A DNA stretch of 64,000 nt from an uncultured Chloroflexia bacterium (GCA_963819655.1 CAWFXA010000002.1:1152001-1216000); one strand, 5' to 3'. Shown: positions 1-15,322, counted from the stretch's first letter. Numbers and translations are program-made. Notes: generated by a model from the sequence alone, not told the origin.

Positions 1-1
1 C

Positions 2-451
2 GTGCTGGTCGGTCCGGCAGCCGACTGGATCGACCTGGTCGAACCCGAAGACGCCATCAACGTGACGGGCGTCGTGACCGTCGCATCGGACGGCATGGCC
101 GCGGTCGTCGTCGATGACCCCGCGACGATCACACTCGGCAGCACCCTCGATGGGTCGGGCGACAGCCCGGCGCCAGGTGCCCAAGACGCCACCGCGGGTT
201 CGGGCGAGTCCTCGGACATTCGGATCGCTGGCTTCGGCACCGACACCTCGGCTCTCCCGGGAGCTGGCGCCGGCGTGGCCGGATTGCTGGCGATCAGCCT
301 GGCGTCGCTGGGAGCGGCCATCCTTCGCCGGCGCCACGCCCGGCGGCTGCTCGCCGTCCGGGTCGCCGCTCGCCTCGCCGACATCGGCGGGCGGTCGTCG
401 ACGCGACCGGAGCCGCCAGGCGACCCGAACGGGGGTCCGAGCGTGGCCTGA
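2..451 (+). CDS. C-terminal part of a membrane/surface-anchored protein (5' truncated)
   Basis: ORF open from the window edge; Ser/Gly linker, then LPGAG, a hydrophobic helix (VAGLLAISLASLGAAIL) and a basic tail RRRHARR. Confidence 0.5.
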   Translation: MLVGPAADWIDLVEPEDAINVTGVVTVASDGMAAVVVDDPATITLGSTLDGSGDSPAPGAQDATAGSGESSDIRIAGFGTDTSALPGAGAGVAGLLAISLASLGAAILRRRHARRLLAVRVAARLADIGGRSSTRPEPPGDPNGGPSVA

Positions 452-586
452 GCGCGACGCTCCTGGCGTCGAGCGGGGCGCCGTGCGGGCGTCGTGCGTG
501 GGCCGTGCGGGCGTGTGCGGGGCCGTGCCGGGCTCGCGCAGGGGTGGCGTGGACGTCCGGCGTGCACAATTCGTGCGTGGCCACGC

Positions 587-616
587 TTGACGCTCCCAGA
601 ATCGCCGGACTATCCT
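587..616 (+). promoter_or_regulatory. sigma70-type promoter for udp
   Basis: TTGACG (587-592), 18 nt spacer, TATCCT (611-616). Confidence 0.6.
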
Positions 617-664
617 CCGCCCAGTTTCGCGCCAGCGAAGCAGGCACGTGAGCGAGGAGAGGTT

Positions 665-1531
665 TTGCCGAACGCGGATACCCGCGTCGATAGTCCCCGA
701 GATCGCAGGATCGCGGTCCCGGAAGGGGAACGGCAGTACCACATCGGACTCGGACGGGGAGACCTGGCCGAGTACATCCTCCTCCCCGGGGACCAGGACC
801 GGACGACCCGGATCGCCTCGCGCTTCGAATCGATCGAGCTCGAGCACCGACACCGGGAGTTCGCATCGGCCACCGGCACGTACAGGGGCCAGCGGGTGTC
901 GGTCGTGTCGACCGGCATCGGCACGGACAACGTCGAGATCGCCGTCGCCGAGATCCTGGCGATCACCCGGCGGCCGACCTTCATCAGGGTCGGCTCGTGC
1001 GGTGCCCTTCAACCAGAGATGAGCCTGGGCGACCTGGCCATCACCACGGGAGGAGTGCGACTCGAGACGACGACGAGCTGGTACGTCCACGATGGGTATC
1101 CCGCGGTCGCCGATTACGAGGCGGTCGTGGCGCTCATCGAGGCCGCGGAACGGCTCGGTCACCGCTACCACGTCGGCGTGACGGCGACGGCACCGGGGTT
1201 CTTCGGAGCGCAAGGGCGCCCCATCCCGCAGTTGCCCATCCGCTACCCTGACCTGGCGGAGGACATGAGGCGCCAGCGCGTCATGAACTTCGAGATGGAA
1301 GCATCGGCCCTGCTGGTGTTCGCGTCGCTTGCCGGCTGTCGTGCCGGCGTCGTCTGTGCGGTGTATGCCGACCGGACGACCGGCGAGTTCATCGGTGGAA
1401 CGATGCAGGACGCCGCCGAGGCGGCCTGCGTCGAGACAGGCCTCGAAAGCCTGCTTGTGCTGGCAGAGATGGATGCCCAGAAACGAACCGCATCGACGGA
1501 CCGCTGGCGCCCGTCGCTGTGGTCGACATAG
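665..1531 (+). CDS. udp: uridine/nucleoside phosphorylase (PNP/UDP family)
   Basis: Motifs QYHIGL, LLPGD, STGIG, IRVGSCGAL, NFEME; TTG start after GAGGAG (654-659). Confidence 0.85.
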   Translation: MPNADTRVDSPRDRRIAVPEGERQYHIGLGRGDLAEYILLPGDQDRTTRIASRFESIELEHRHREFASATGTYRGQRVSVVSTGIGTDNVEIAVAEILAITRRPTFIRVGSCGALQPEMSLGDLAITTGGVRLETTTSWYVHDGYPAVADYEAVVALIEAAERLGHRYHVGVTATAPGFFGAQGRPIPQLPIRYPDLAEDMRRQRVMNFEMEASALLVFASLAGCRAGVVCAVYADRTTGEFIGGTMQDAAEAACVETGLESLLVLAEMDAQKRTASTDRWRPSLWST

Positions 1532-1598
1532 CGCGATACCCCAGAGCGGGTACGAGACGAAGGCTCTCGTGACGCTCTACCGATGAGGAGGAAGCCCA

Positions 1599-1739
1599 AT
1601 GGCTGAGGCCTACTGCGTCAAGGACAAGCGCAAGGTCGAAGTCCAGAATCCACAGCGGATCACCATGAAGAACGGCAAGCCGGCCCTGCAGGGCACTTGC
1701 CCGATCTGTGGCAACAAGGTGTTCAGGATCGGCGGCTGA
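1599..1739 (+). CDS. 46-aa DUF5679-like zinc-ribbon protein (missing from ORF track)
   Basis: MAEAYCVKDKRKVEVQNPQRITMKNGKPALQGTCPICGNKVFRIGG; strong SD GAGGAGG; MKNG and GTCPxCGxKxFRIG motifs. Confidence 0.8.
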   Translation: MAEAYCVKDKRKVEVQNPQRITMKNGKPALQGTCPICGNKVFRIGG

Positions 1740-1762
1740 CCGCCCGGATTCATCGACTCACA

Positions 1763-1797
1763 GGGACGACCCCCGCCGCGGTGGTGGGGGTCGTTCC
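1763..1797 (+). terminator. GC-rich hairpin after the DUF5679 gene
   Basis: 15-bp stem gggacgacccccgcc/ggtgggggtcgttcc with 2 G-U pairs, 5-nt loop, no U-tract. Confidence 0.55.
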
Positions 1798-1862
1798 ATG
1801 TCCAGCGCCGGGCAGCCGCTCAGCGGCCTCTTGGGAGACGTTCGGGAGCCGCGGGGACCCTT

Positions 1863-1871
1863 TGCTAGAAT
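1863..1871 (+). promoter_or_regulatory. extended -10 promoter for gap-pgk-eno
   Basis: TGcTAGAAT about 85 nt upstream of the gap ATG. Confidence 0.55.
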
Positions 1872-1954
1872 GACGGCGTTCCCCAGACAGGTTCGCCGCG
1901 CGGGTCCCGCGCTTGCACCAGCGGTCCGACATCGACCGGCAGGAGGTCCCCACG

Positions 1955-2977
1955 ATGGCAGTCCGCGTCGGCATCAACGGCTTTGGCCGCATCGGGCGCC
2001 AGTCGCTCAAGGCCATGATCGAGCGCGCGCCCGATGTCGAGGTCGTGGCGGTCAACGATCTCGTCGACGCCGAGATGAACGCACTGCTGTTCAAGCACGA
2101 TTCGACGTATGGCGCCTATGACGGCGACGTCCGGGCGGGTGACAGCTCGATCATCATCGATGGCCGGGAGATCAAGATCCTCGCCGAGAAGGACCCGGCC
2201 GCTCTGCCGTGGGGCGACCTCGGGGTCGACATCGTGCTGGAGTCGACCGGCCTCTTCACCGACGCGGACAAGGCCACCGCACACATCACGGCCGGTGCCC
2301 AGAAAGTCGTCATCAGTGCCCCCGCCAGGAACGAGGACATCACCATCGTCCTCGGCGTCAACGAAGACCGCTACGACCCGGCGAGGCATCACGTCATCAG
2401 CAACGCCAGCTGCACGACGAACTGCCTCGCGCCGGCGGCCAAGGTCGTGCACGACCTGCTCGGTATCGAGAAGGGTCTGATGAACACGATCCACAGCTAC
2501 ACGAACGACCAGCGGATCCTCGACGTCGCGCACAAGGATCCACGCCGCGCACGCGCCGCCGGCCAGAACATCATCCCGACCACGACCGGAGCCGCGAAAG
2601 CGCTGGCCCTGGTGATCCCCGACCTGAAGGGCCGGTTCGACGGCTTTAGCCTGCGTGTCCCCACCCCGACCGTCAGCGTCGTCGATTTCACCGCCACGGT
2701 CCGGCGGAAGACCAGCGTCGAGGAGCTCAACGACGCCTTCCGTGCGGCGGCCGCTGGCCCGCTCGAGGGCATCCTCGGCGTCTCGGACGAGCCGCTCGTG
2801 TCGACCGACTTCCGCGGCGACTCGCGCTCGTCGATCATCGATGCCGAGTCGACCATGGTGCTCGGCGGCGACATGGTGAAGGTCATCGCCTGGTACGACA
2901 ACGAATGGGGCTACAGCTGCCGGGTCGCCGATCTCATCGCCTACGTCGCTGCTCGACTGCCCGTCGCCGCCGCTTGA
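1955..2977 (+). CDS. gap: type I glyceraldehyde-3-phosphate dehydrogenase
   Basis: [30 protein letters not shown]; SD AGGAGG before ATG 1955. Confidence 0.97.
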   Translation: MAVRVGINGFGRIGRQSLKAMIERAPDVEVVAVNDLVDAEMNALLFKHDSTYGAYDGDVRAGDSSIIIDGREIKILAEKDPAALPWGDLGVDIVLESTGLFTDADKATAHITAGAQKVVISAPARNEDITIVLGVNEDRYDPARHHVISNASCTTNCLAPAAKVVHDLLGIEKGLMNTIHSYTNDQRILDVAHKDPRRARAAGQNIIPTTTGAAKALALVIPDLKGRFDGFSLRVPTPTVSVVDFTATVRRKTSVEELNDAFRAAAAGPLEGILGVSDEPLVSTDFRGDSRSSIIDAESTMVLGGDMVKVIAWYDNEWGYSCRVADLIAYVAARLPVAAA

Positions 2978-2996
2978 TCGCGACCTGAGACCCCGC

Positions 2997-6321
<3,325 letters not shown>

Positions 6322-6368
6322 CACCGGCCCCGGGCCGACGGCGACTCCCGGACACTCTGCCTGCATCA

Positions 6369-6441
6369 CTCCCTCGTGATGCACCTCGTGCATGCGGTGC
6401 TGCGCTGGCGCGTCGCATGCGTCCGGTGCATGACGAGGGAG
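6369..6441. other. 73-nt long imperfect hairpin between convergent genes
   Basis: ctccctcgtgatgcacc/ggtgcatgacgagggag (16/17 complementary) plus an inner 11-bp stem gcatgcggtgc/gcgtcgcatgc. Confidence 0.7.
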
Positions 6442-6443
6442 GG

Positions 6444-6483
6444 CCCCGGACATGCCGACACCCCGGACATGCCGACGCCCCGG
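6444..6483. repeat. 17-bp direct repeat x2 plus partial unit
   Basis: ccccggacatgccgac[a/g] at 6444 and 6461; ccccgg at 6478. Confidence 0.8.
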
Positions 6484-6502
6484 GTAAGAGCCCGGGGCAT
6501 CG
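6474..6502 (-). terminator. hairpin downstream of rpsT
   Basis: cgatgccccggg/cccggggcgtcg stem on the minus strand, about 20 nt after the rpsT stop. Confidence 0.55.
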
Positions 6503-6521
6503 TTGAGCGCCGGACGGGCGA

Positions 6522-7166
6522 CTAGGCCTTCGGTGAGGTCTTCCTTGGCGCGCTCTTGGACGTGGCCTTCGGCGCCGACGCCTTCGCGGTCGACTTCGCG
6601 GCAGGCTTCTTCGCCGCGGCCGTCTTCGTGGCGGCCCGTGCAGGCTTCGCTGGTGCTGCGGTCTCCGCGGTCTCGGCCGAGGCGGCGGCCTTCGCTGCAG
6701 CGGCTTCCGCGCGCGCGGTCTTGCTCAGCGCGGCCCGAGCTTTGCCGGCGGCCGTCTGTGCGCCCTTGGCCTTGGTCGATTTGCCGGCGGCGATGCGCGC
6801 CTTGGCGGCCTTCGCCGCGGCCGCCTTGCCAGTCTGCTTCGTGACCTTGCCTGCGGTGCCGGTGGTCGCCCCGCCGAGCGCGGCGTTGATCTTGATCGTC
6901 AGCCGGGACTTGCGGCGAGCTGCCGCGTTCCGGTGGATCGCGCCGGCCTTGGCCGCGCGGTCGAGGGCAGACAGGGCCGCGGTGAGAGCGGCGGTCGCGG
7001 TCTCGACGTCGGTCGACGCTTCGACCGTGCTGAGTGCCTTTGCGACATAGGTCTTCGCGGCGGTGCGCCGCGGGCCGAGCACCTCGTGGCGGCGATTCGC
7101 CTGTCGGACGCGCTTGAGACCCGACGGTGTACGAGCGCCCGACCAGGTGCGGGGCGTCTTGGCCAA
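6522..7166 (-). CDS. rpsT: 30S ribosomal protein S20 with ~115-aa Lys/Ala-rich extension
   Basis: KRVRQA and LDRAAKAGAIHRNAAARRKSRL S20 motifs; TTG start with GAGAGG SD; divergent from lepA. Confidence 0.9.
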   Translation of the reverse strand: MAKTPRTWSGARTPSGLKRVRQANRRHEVLGPRRTAAKTYVAKALSTVEASTDVETATAALTAALSALDRAAKAGAIHRNAAARRKSRLTIKINAALGGATTGTAGKVTKQTGKAAAAKAAKARIAAGKSTKAKGAQTAAGKARAALSKTARAEAAAAKAAASAETAETAAPAKPARAATKTAAAKKPAAKSTAKASAPKATSKSAPRKTSPKA

Positions 7167-7320
7167 GGGAAACCTCTCGGAGCGTTGATGTGGTGGGGAC
7201 GTGATCGCAGCGAGGGCGCGGTGTGAGCGCCCGACGCGGAGGCGGATGCTACCACAGGAGCCGCTCCACTCCCGCCTCGCGGTAGAGTCCGGGCCTCGAC
7301 CACGAACCGAGGAGTGACGG

Positions 7321-7677
7321 ATGCTTCGACCCGAAGACGCTTACGAGCTCTATGCGCGAGCCTGGAACGAGCCGGAGCGCGCCGTTGCCCTCCTCGAGGA
7401 GTGCTGGGCTCAGGACGGCGTCTACGCTGACGACGAGGTGCCCGATGGCGTTGTCGGGCGTGCCGCACTCGTCGACCTGATCGCGGCGACCCACGAGGCC
7501 CTACCCGGCTTCCGCGTCTGGGGGACCAGCCCCCCGAGATTGCTCGCTGGTCGTCTTGGGCTCACCTGGTCCCAGGAAGGCGGCGACCCGCGGGAGTCGT
7601 TGGCCGGGACCGATGTCATCGAGTTCGCCCCCGACGGGCGCATCGCCCGCGTGACCGGCGTGCTTGCCACCCCCTGA
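7321..7677 (+). CDS. SnoaL-like / NTF2-family protein
   Basis: YARAWNE...WAQDGVYAD...GTDVIEFAPDGRIARVTG; SD GAGGAG. Confidence 0.7.
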   Translation: MLRPEDAYELYARAWNEPERAVALLEECWAQDGVYADDEVPDGVVGRAALVDLIAATHEALPGFRVWGTSPPRLLAGRLGLTWSQEGGDPRESLAGTDVIEFAPDGRIARVTGVLATP

Positions 7678-7735
7678 GCGAGCGTGATGACGGACGTCGC
7701 CGGAGGGTGGCAGGGTTCCGATAGACTCCCGCACC

Positions 7736-9547
7736 GTGGCCATTCCTCAGGACCGCCTCCGCAACTTCTCGATCATCGCCCATATCGACCATGGGAAGTC
7801 GACGCTGGCCGATCGGCTGCTCGAACTGACGCACACGATCGACGCCCGCCAGATGACGAGCCAGGTCCTCGATTCCATGGACCTCGAGCGCGAGAAGGGC
7901 ATCACGATCAAGGCCCGCGCCGTCCGGCTCGAGTACACCGCCAAGGACGGCAAGACCTACGGGCTCAACCTGATCGACACCCCCGGTCACGTCGACTTCG
8001 CGTACGAGGTCAGCCACAGCCTGCAGGCGTGCGAAGGCGCGATCCTCGTCGTCGACGCGACCCAGGGCATCGAGGCGCAGACGCTCGCCAACGTCCACCT
8101 CGCCCTGCGCGAGAACCTCACGCTCATCCCGGTCCTTAACAAGATCGACCTGCCGTCGGCCGATCCCGACACCATCATCGACGAGCTCGAGAACGTGCTC
8201 GCCATCCCGCGTGAGGAGGTCATCCTCGCCAGCGCCAAGGACGGGACCGGCGTCATCGACATCCTCGAGGCGATCGTCGACCGGATCCCCGCGCCGGCGG
8301 GCGACCCCGCGGCCCCGGTCCAGGGCCTGATCTTCGACAGCCACTACGACGCCTACAAGGGCGTCATCGTCTACGTCCGGCTCGAGCAGGGCACGCTCAA
8401 GTCCACGGAGCCGATCCGCCTCATGGCCAGCGGCGCCGTCGCCGAACCTTTGGAGCTCGGTGTCTTCCGACCGCAGCTCGTGCCGGTCAAGCAGCTCACC
8501 GCCGGGGAGGTGGGCTACGTCGCGACCGGTCTCAAGAACGTCCGCGAGGCACAAGTCGGCGACACAGTCACGACGCAGGCACGACCGGCGACAGAGCCGC
8601 TCCCCGGCTACCAGGAAGCCAAGAGCCTCGTCTTCGCCGGGATCTACCCGGTCAGCGGCGAGGACTACCCGATGCTGCGCGAGGCACTCGACAAGCTGCA
8701 CCTCAACGATGCGAGCTTCACGTTCGAACCCGAGAGCTCGGTCGCGCTCGGGTTCGGGTTCCGCTGCGGCTTTCTCGGTTTGCTCCACATGGAGATCGTC
8801 CAGGAACGGCTCGAGCGGGAGTTCGATCTCGACCTCATCGCATCGGCGCCGTCCGTCGAATACCACGTCCAGCTGCAACACGGTCGGGGCACCGTCGTCG
8901 TCGACAACCCGGCCCTCCTGCCGAACCCCTCCGATATCGAGTCGATCGAAGAGCCCTGGGTCACCCTCAGCGTCGTGTCACCCAGCGCGTACATCGGCTC
9001 GATCATGGAGCTCTCGACCAACCGGCGCGGCACGTTCGTGAACATGGAGTACCTCGACCCGACCCGGGTCGTGCTCCATTTCGAGATGCCGCTCGCCGAG
9101 CTGATCGTCGACTACTTCGATCAGTTGAAGAGTCGAAGCCAGGGCTACGCGTCGATGGACTACGAGGAGCTCGGCTATCGACCCGCCGACCTCGTCAAGG
9201 TCGACATCCTCGTCAACGGCGAGCCGGTCGACGCCCTCAGCCTCATCGTGCACCGCGCGCGTGCCCAGTCCACGGGCCGCGCCCTGGCCGAGCGCCTGAA
9301 GGAACTGATCCCTCGGCAGATGTTCGAGATCCCCATCCAGGCGGCGATCGGCAGTAACGTCATCGCCCGGGAATCGGTCCGAGCCATGCGCAAGAACGTG
9401 TTGGCCAAGTGTTACGGTGGCGATATCACGCGCAAACGGAAGCTGCTCGAAAAGCAGAAAGAGGGCAAGCAGCGGATGAAGCGCGTCGGGTCGGTCGAGA
9501 TCCCGCAGGAGGCATTCCTGGCGATGCTCCGCATGGACGAGGGCTGA
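7736..9547 (+). CDS. lepA: translation elongation factor 4
   Basis: [48 protein letters not shown]. Confidence 0.97.
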   Translation: MAIPQDRLRNFSIIAHIDHGKSTLADRLLELTHTIDARQMTSQVLDSMDLEREKGITIKARAVRLEYTAKDGKTYGLNLIDTPGHVDFAYEVSHSLQACEGAILVVDATQGIEAQTLANVHLALRENLTLIPVLNKIDLPSADPDTIIDELENVLAIPREEVILASAKDGTGVIDILEAIVDRIPAPAGDPAAPVQGLIFDSHYDAYKGVIVYVRLEQGTLKSTEPIRLMASGAVAEPLELGVFRPQLVPVKQLTAGEVGYVATGLKNVREAQVGDTVTTQARPATEPLPGYQEAKSLVFAGIYPVSGEDYPMLREALDKLHLNDASFTFEPESSVALGFGFRCGFLGLLHMEIVQERLEREFDLDLIASAPSVEYHVQLQHGRGTVVVDNPALLPNPSDIESIEEPWVTLSVVSPSAYIGSIMELSTNRRGTFVNMEYLDPTRVVLHFEMPLAELIVDYFDQLKSRSQGYASMDYEELGYRPADLVKVDILVNGEPVDALSLIVHRARAQSTGRALAERLKELIPRQMFEIPIQAAIGSNVIARESVRAMRKNVLAKCYGGDITRKRKLLEKQKEGKQRMKRVGSVEIPQEAFLAMLRMDEG

Positions 9548-9553
9548 GCGTTC

Positions 9554-10324
9554 GTGGAGGAGCTCTTCGACGTCTCGCGCGGGCTGATCGTCGTCGGCCT
9601 CACGATGCTCCTCGTCCTTCTCCGCCTCGACGCCGAGCGCTTCGGGACCGCCGAGTACTACGAGTCGACGAGGGACGGCGAGCGGCCACGGATCCGCAGG
9701 CGTCTCGCCTGGTACGGGCTGGGTGCCGGGATCGTCTTGGCGATGGCGTACATCCACCCGGCGCCACAGGCGGACCTGTTCCTCGGGACGGGCGACCGGC
9801 TCGGGGCCGTCATGGGTGGCCTGATCTTCGCTGGACTGGGTGTGGCCCAGGCGTTGGCGTTCGCGACGCTCCGCTACCAGCGCATCCGCTTCCCGGACAT
9901 CGGCTCCTATCCCGGGGCGCTGCTCAACTCCACCGCGACCGCGTTCATCGACGAGGCCACGTTCCGTGGCGCGATCTTCGGGACGCTGCTGACCCTCGGC
10001 CTCGAGGCGAACCTCGCCAACGTCGTGCAGGCGTTGCTCTATACGTTGACGACGCGGCTCGGCGCTCCGGGGCGGGACCGCTACCTGCTGGTCCTGACCC
10101 TTGCCATCGGCCTCATCGGCGGCTGGCTGACCGCGGTCACGGGCGGTATCGCCGCAGCATTCCTGGGTCACGCGGCGACCCGCTTCGCAGTATTCCTCGC
10201 GACAGGCCACACCGGCCAGACCCTGCCGAAAGGACGCGAGGCGGAGGAGATCGACCGCCGGCGCAGACCTCCTGAGGGCTGGCGCGTCATCGGGACTCGG
10301 GAGTCCGCTCAGCGGGATCGGTGA
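9554..10324 (+). CDS. CPBP/Abi-family intramembrane protease-like protein with degenerate motifs
   Basis: Multi-TM; DEATFRG corresponds to EExxxR; C-terminal GH present. Confidence 0.6.
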   Translation: MEELFDVSRGLIVVGLTMLLVLLRLDAERFGTAEYYESTRDGERPRIRRRLAWYGLGAGIVLAMAYIHPAPQADLFLGTGDRLGAVMGGLIFAGLGVAQALAFATLRYQRIRFPDIGSYPGALLNSTATAFIDEATFRGAIFGTLLTLGLEANLANVVQALLYTLTTRLGAPGRDRYLLVLTLAIGLIGGWLTAVTGGIAAAFLGHAATRFAVFLATGHTGQTLPKGREAEEIDRRRRPPEGWRVIGTRESAQRDR

Positions 10325-11559
10325 CGGTGACTGGGACGCCGGTTCCGCGTCCCCCGGTCGCGCTCTACATCCACGTGCCGTTCTGCGTGTCGCTCTGTCC
10401 GTACTGCGACTTCGTGGTCATCGCGGGGTCGGCGGCGCGCGGCCCGCGCCGCCGGATCGGGCAGTTCCTCGACGCGCTCCACGTCGAGATCGACCTGCGC
10501 GCCGATGCCCTCGACCGGAGGTTCGGTGAGCCCGGCACGCGCCGACGGCCGCCACTCTCGACGGTCTATCTCGGCGGCGGCACGCCGTCTCTCCTGCCGC
10601 CCGACGAGATCGAGCGGATCCTCGCCCGCGTCCGCGAACGCTTCGGGATCGCCGAGGACGCCGAGATCACGATCGAGTCGAACCCCGGGCCCGACGAGCG
10701 CGGCGACCCGGCGGCGCTGCGCCGCGCCGGCGTGACGCGCATCTCGTTCGGTGCCCAGTCCTTCGACGACGCCGAGCTGCGCAAGCTCGGGCGGCGTCAT
10801 CGGGCGCGCCACGTGGGCGATGCGGTCGCCGGCGCGCGGGAGACGGGCATCGCGTCGATCAACATCGATCTGCTGTACGACATCCCGGACACCGACCTGC
10901 GGAGGTGGATGGCCACGCTCGACGTGGCCCTGGCGCTCGAGCCCGACCACCTCTCGCTGTATGCGCTGACGCTCGACGACCCGGTCGCCGAAGGCCTGAC
11001 CGGACCGACCGGCGACCACCTCCCGACCACCAGGGGCGCACGGCGCTGGCGCGATGCCGTCAAGCCCGGGCAGGACGAGGATCGCGCGGCCGGTCAGTAT
11101 CACTACGCCGCGCTGGCCCTGGCCGACGCCGGTTATCGCGGCTACGAGATCTCCAACTGGGCGCGGCGCGGGCATGAGAGCCGGCATAACCTGGCGTACT
11201 GGCAGCGCCTTCCGAACGAGGCGGTCGGGCCCGGCGCGCACGCGTTCGATGGGGTCGCGCGGCGCTGGACGGCGGCCCGCCTCGACCTCTATGTCGCGGC
11301 CTTGGGTGGAGCGACGCCGACGCTCCCGCCGGGCGGCGTGGACGTGCTCGACGATGCGACCGCCGTGGCCGAGTCGGTCATCCTCGGGCTCCGTCTGGAC
11401 ACCGGCGTCCCGCTCGCCACGGCCCACGAGCCGCCGCTCGCCGACCCATTCGGCTGGGCGCTGGCCGCCGAGCTCCTGACCGTCACGCCGGGGGACCGGG
11501 TGGTCCTGACGACCCGTGGGCGCCTTCTGTCGAACGAGCTGTTCTCGCGCCTCGTGTAG
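10321..11559 (+). CDS. hemW: radical SAM heme chaperone HemW
   Basis: LYIHVPFCVSLCPYCDF, GGGTPS, YEISNW, HNLAYW; lepA-hemW-hrcA context. Confidence 0.88.
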   Translation: MTVTGTPVPRPPVALYIHVPFCVSLCPYCDFVVIAGSAARGPRRRIGQFLDALHVEIDLRADALDRRFGEPGTRRRPPLSTVYLGGGTPSLLPPDEIERILARVRERFGIAEDAEITIESNPGPDERGDPAALRRAGVTRISFGAQSFDDAELRKLGRRHRARHVGDAVAGARETGIASINIDLLYDIPDTDLRRWMATLDVALALEPDHLSLYALTLDDPVAEGLTGPTGDHLPTTRGARRWRDAVKPGQDEDRAAGQYHYAALALADAGYRGYEISNWARRGHESRHNLAYWQRLPNEAVGPGAHAFDGVARRWTAARLDLYVAALGGATPTLPPGGVDVLDDATAVAESVILGLRLDTGVPLATAHEPPLADPFGWALAAELLTVTPGDRVVLTTRGRLLSNELFSRLV

Positions 11560-11572
11560 GCGGGCGGGCGCG

Positions 11573-11602
11573 TTGACACTCGGCTCGGACGACTGCTACG
11601 AT
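11573..11602 (+). promoter_or_regulatory. sigma70 promoter of the hrcA-grpE-dnaK operon
   Basis: TTGACA (11573-11578), 18 nt, TGc-TACGAT (11597-11602). Confidence 0.8.
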
Positions 11603-11615
11603 GCCTCCACGCACG

Positions 11616-11642
11616 TTAGCACTCTCACCCATCGAGTGCTAA
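11616..11642. promoter_or_regulatory. CIRCE element (HrcA operator)
   Basis: Exact consensus TTAGCACTC-N9-GAGTGCTAA. Confidence 0.97.
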
Positions 11643-11662
11643 CTACCACGGGAGAACGAGTT

Positions 11663-12733
11663 TTGGCGCGTAGAGCACGCCGTCCACTCGGCCCGTTGGA
11701 CCTCCGCTCCCAGGCGATCCTCCGGGCCGTCATCGAGGAATACGTCACATCGGCACAGCCGGTCGGCAGCCAGGCGCTCGTCGAGCGCTACGGCCTCGGC
11801 GTGTCGAGCGCCACCGTGCGCAACATCCTTGCCGAGCTGGAACGTGACGGGCTGCTGACGCATCCGCACACCAGTGCCGGTCGGATGCCGACGGACGCCG
11901 GGTACCGGTTCTACGTCGAGACGATCGTGGATGCGGTGCCGCTGTCGGCGGTCGAGCAGCTCATGATCCGCCACCAGTTCGGCCAGGTGGAGTTCGCGAG
12001 CGAGCATTGGTTCCGGCTCGCCGCCACGACGCTCGCCGGGCTGACCCGGTCGGCCGGACTCGCCACTCCCGCCAAGCCCACTGCCGCACACATCCGGCGC
12101 GTCGACCTGGTGGCGGTCAACGAGCGGATGGCGAGCCTCATCCTCGTGCTCCGCGAAGGCGCGATCAAGCAGGCGACGGTCCCGCTCGACGAAGAAGACG
12201 CCATCGACCAGGCCACGCTCAACCGCGTCGCCGGTCTCCTGAACGAGCACCTCGTCGACGCGACAGCGACGGCTGCCGAAACGACGCTGTCCAAGCTCGA
12301 CGAGGACGAGCCCATCCAACGGACCGCCAGGCGGGTCGCCGAGCGCATCGTCCGGATCCTTCATGACTACGACGCGGGGGCGGTCGAGGAGGTGTTCTCG
12401 GACGGGCTCCTCAACGTCATGGAAGCGCCCGAGTTCGCGCAGAGCGACAAGCTGCGGCAGGTCTTCACGGCCCTCGAGAACCGCGCCTACCTCGGCGAGC
12501 TCGTCGGAAGCGTCGCGGGGTCGGGTCGGGTCAGGGTGCTGATCGGCGCCGAGAACCCGCGCGCCGAGATGCACCACGTCTCGCTCGTCCTGGCGCCGTA
12601 CGGCCGCCCAGGCCGCGCGCTGGGCGTCGTGGGAGTGCTCGGTCCGACGCGGATGAGCTATCGACACGCGATCGGCACGGTGCGCTTCGTGTCCGGTCTG
12701 ATGAATGAACTGGTGGATCACCTGTATGCCTGA
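11663..12733 (+). CDS. hrcA: heat-inducible transcription repressor
   Basis: QPVGS, SSATVRN, HPHTSAGRMPT, GVLGPTRMSY; TTG start after GGAG. Confidence 0.95.
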   Translation: MARRARRPLGPLDLRSQAILRAVIEEYVTSAQPVGSQALVERYGLGVSSATVRNILAELERDGLLTHPHTSAGRMPTDAGYRFYVETIVDAVPLSAVEQLMIRHQFGQVEFASEHWFRLAATTLAGLTRSAGLATPAKPTAAHIRRVDLVAVNERMASLILVLREGAIKQATVPLDEEDAIDQATLNRVAGLLNEHLVDATATAAETTLSKLDEDEPIQRTARRVAERIVRILHDYDAGAVEEVFSDGLLNVMEAPEFAQSDKLRQVFTALENRAYLGELVGSVAGSGRVRVLIGAENPRAEMHHVSLVLAPYGRPGRALGVVGVLGPTRMSYRHAIGTVRFVSGLMNELVDHLYA

Positions 12734-13325
12734 ACAGCGACCCGCACCCGGACAACGACATCGCACGCGCGCGGAGGAGCGGGCCGAGGACATCGATATC
12801 CGCCCGACCAAACTGCTCGCGGAGATCGACGGTCTCAAGGCCGAGCTGGCCACGGCATCGACGCAGGCAGACGACTACCTCGCGGCGCTCCAGCGCGAGC
12901 GTGCCGAATTCCTCAACTTCAAGCGGCGGACCGCCGAAGAGCGCGAGCGCGAGGTCGGGCTTGCCGGTGAGGACCTCATCCGCAAGGTGCTGGCACTGGC
13001 CGACGACTTCGACCGCGCGATCGATGCCCGACCGGATTCGGTCGCCACGGATCCGTGGTTCGAGGGAGTAGCCGCGATCGACCGAAAGCTCCGGATCCTG
13101 CTCGACAGCGAGGGCGTGAGCCCGATCGACGCCGAGCCCGGCACCACCTTCGACCCGCGTGAGCACGAGGCCATCGCCACCGTCGCCGGCACCGGCCGGC
13201 CGGAGGGCGTGATCGTCGAGCAGGTCCGGCGTGGCTATCGACTGCGCGACCGCGTCCTGCGGCCGGCCCTCGTGGCCGTGGCCGCAACACCCGAACCCGC
13301 ACCCACCACCGACCGACCAAACTGA
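12726..13325 (+). CDS. grpE: nucleotide exchange factor GrpE
   Basis: [34 protein letters not shown]. Confidence 0.93.
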   Translation: MPEQRPAPGQRHRTRAEERAEDIDIRPTKLLAEIDGLKAELATASTQADDYLAALQRERAEFLNFKRRTAEEREREVGLAGEDLIRKVLALADDFDRAIDARPDSVATDPWFEGVAAIDRKLRILLDSEGVSPIDAEPGTTFDPREHEAIATVAGTGRPEGVIVEQVRRGYRLRDRVLRPALVAVAATPEPAPTTDRPN

Positions 13326-13357
13326 CACCAGATCCGAGCGAGGAGCACACACAGACC

Positions 13358-15321
<1,964 letters not shown>

Positions 15322-15322
<1 letters not shown>

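Noticed and set aside
480-586. gccgtgcgggcgt repeats and 12-bp palindrome gcgtggccacgc upstream of udp
   Set aside because: Short, low-complexity and GC-rich; could arise by chance, with no further support
10321-11559. Calling this gene hemN (coproporphyrinogen dehydrogenase)
   Set aside because: CPYCDF, HNxxYW and the lepA-hrcA context point to HemW
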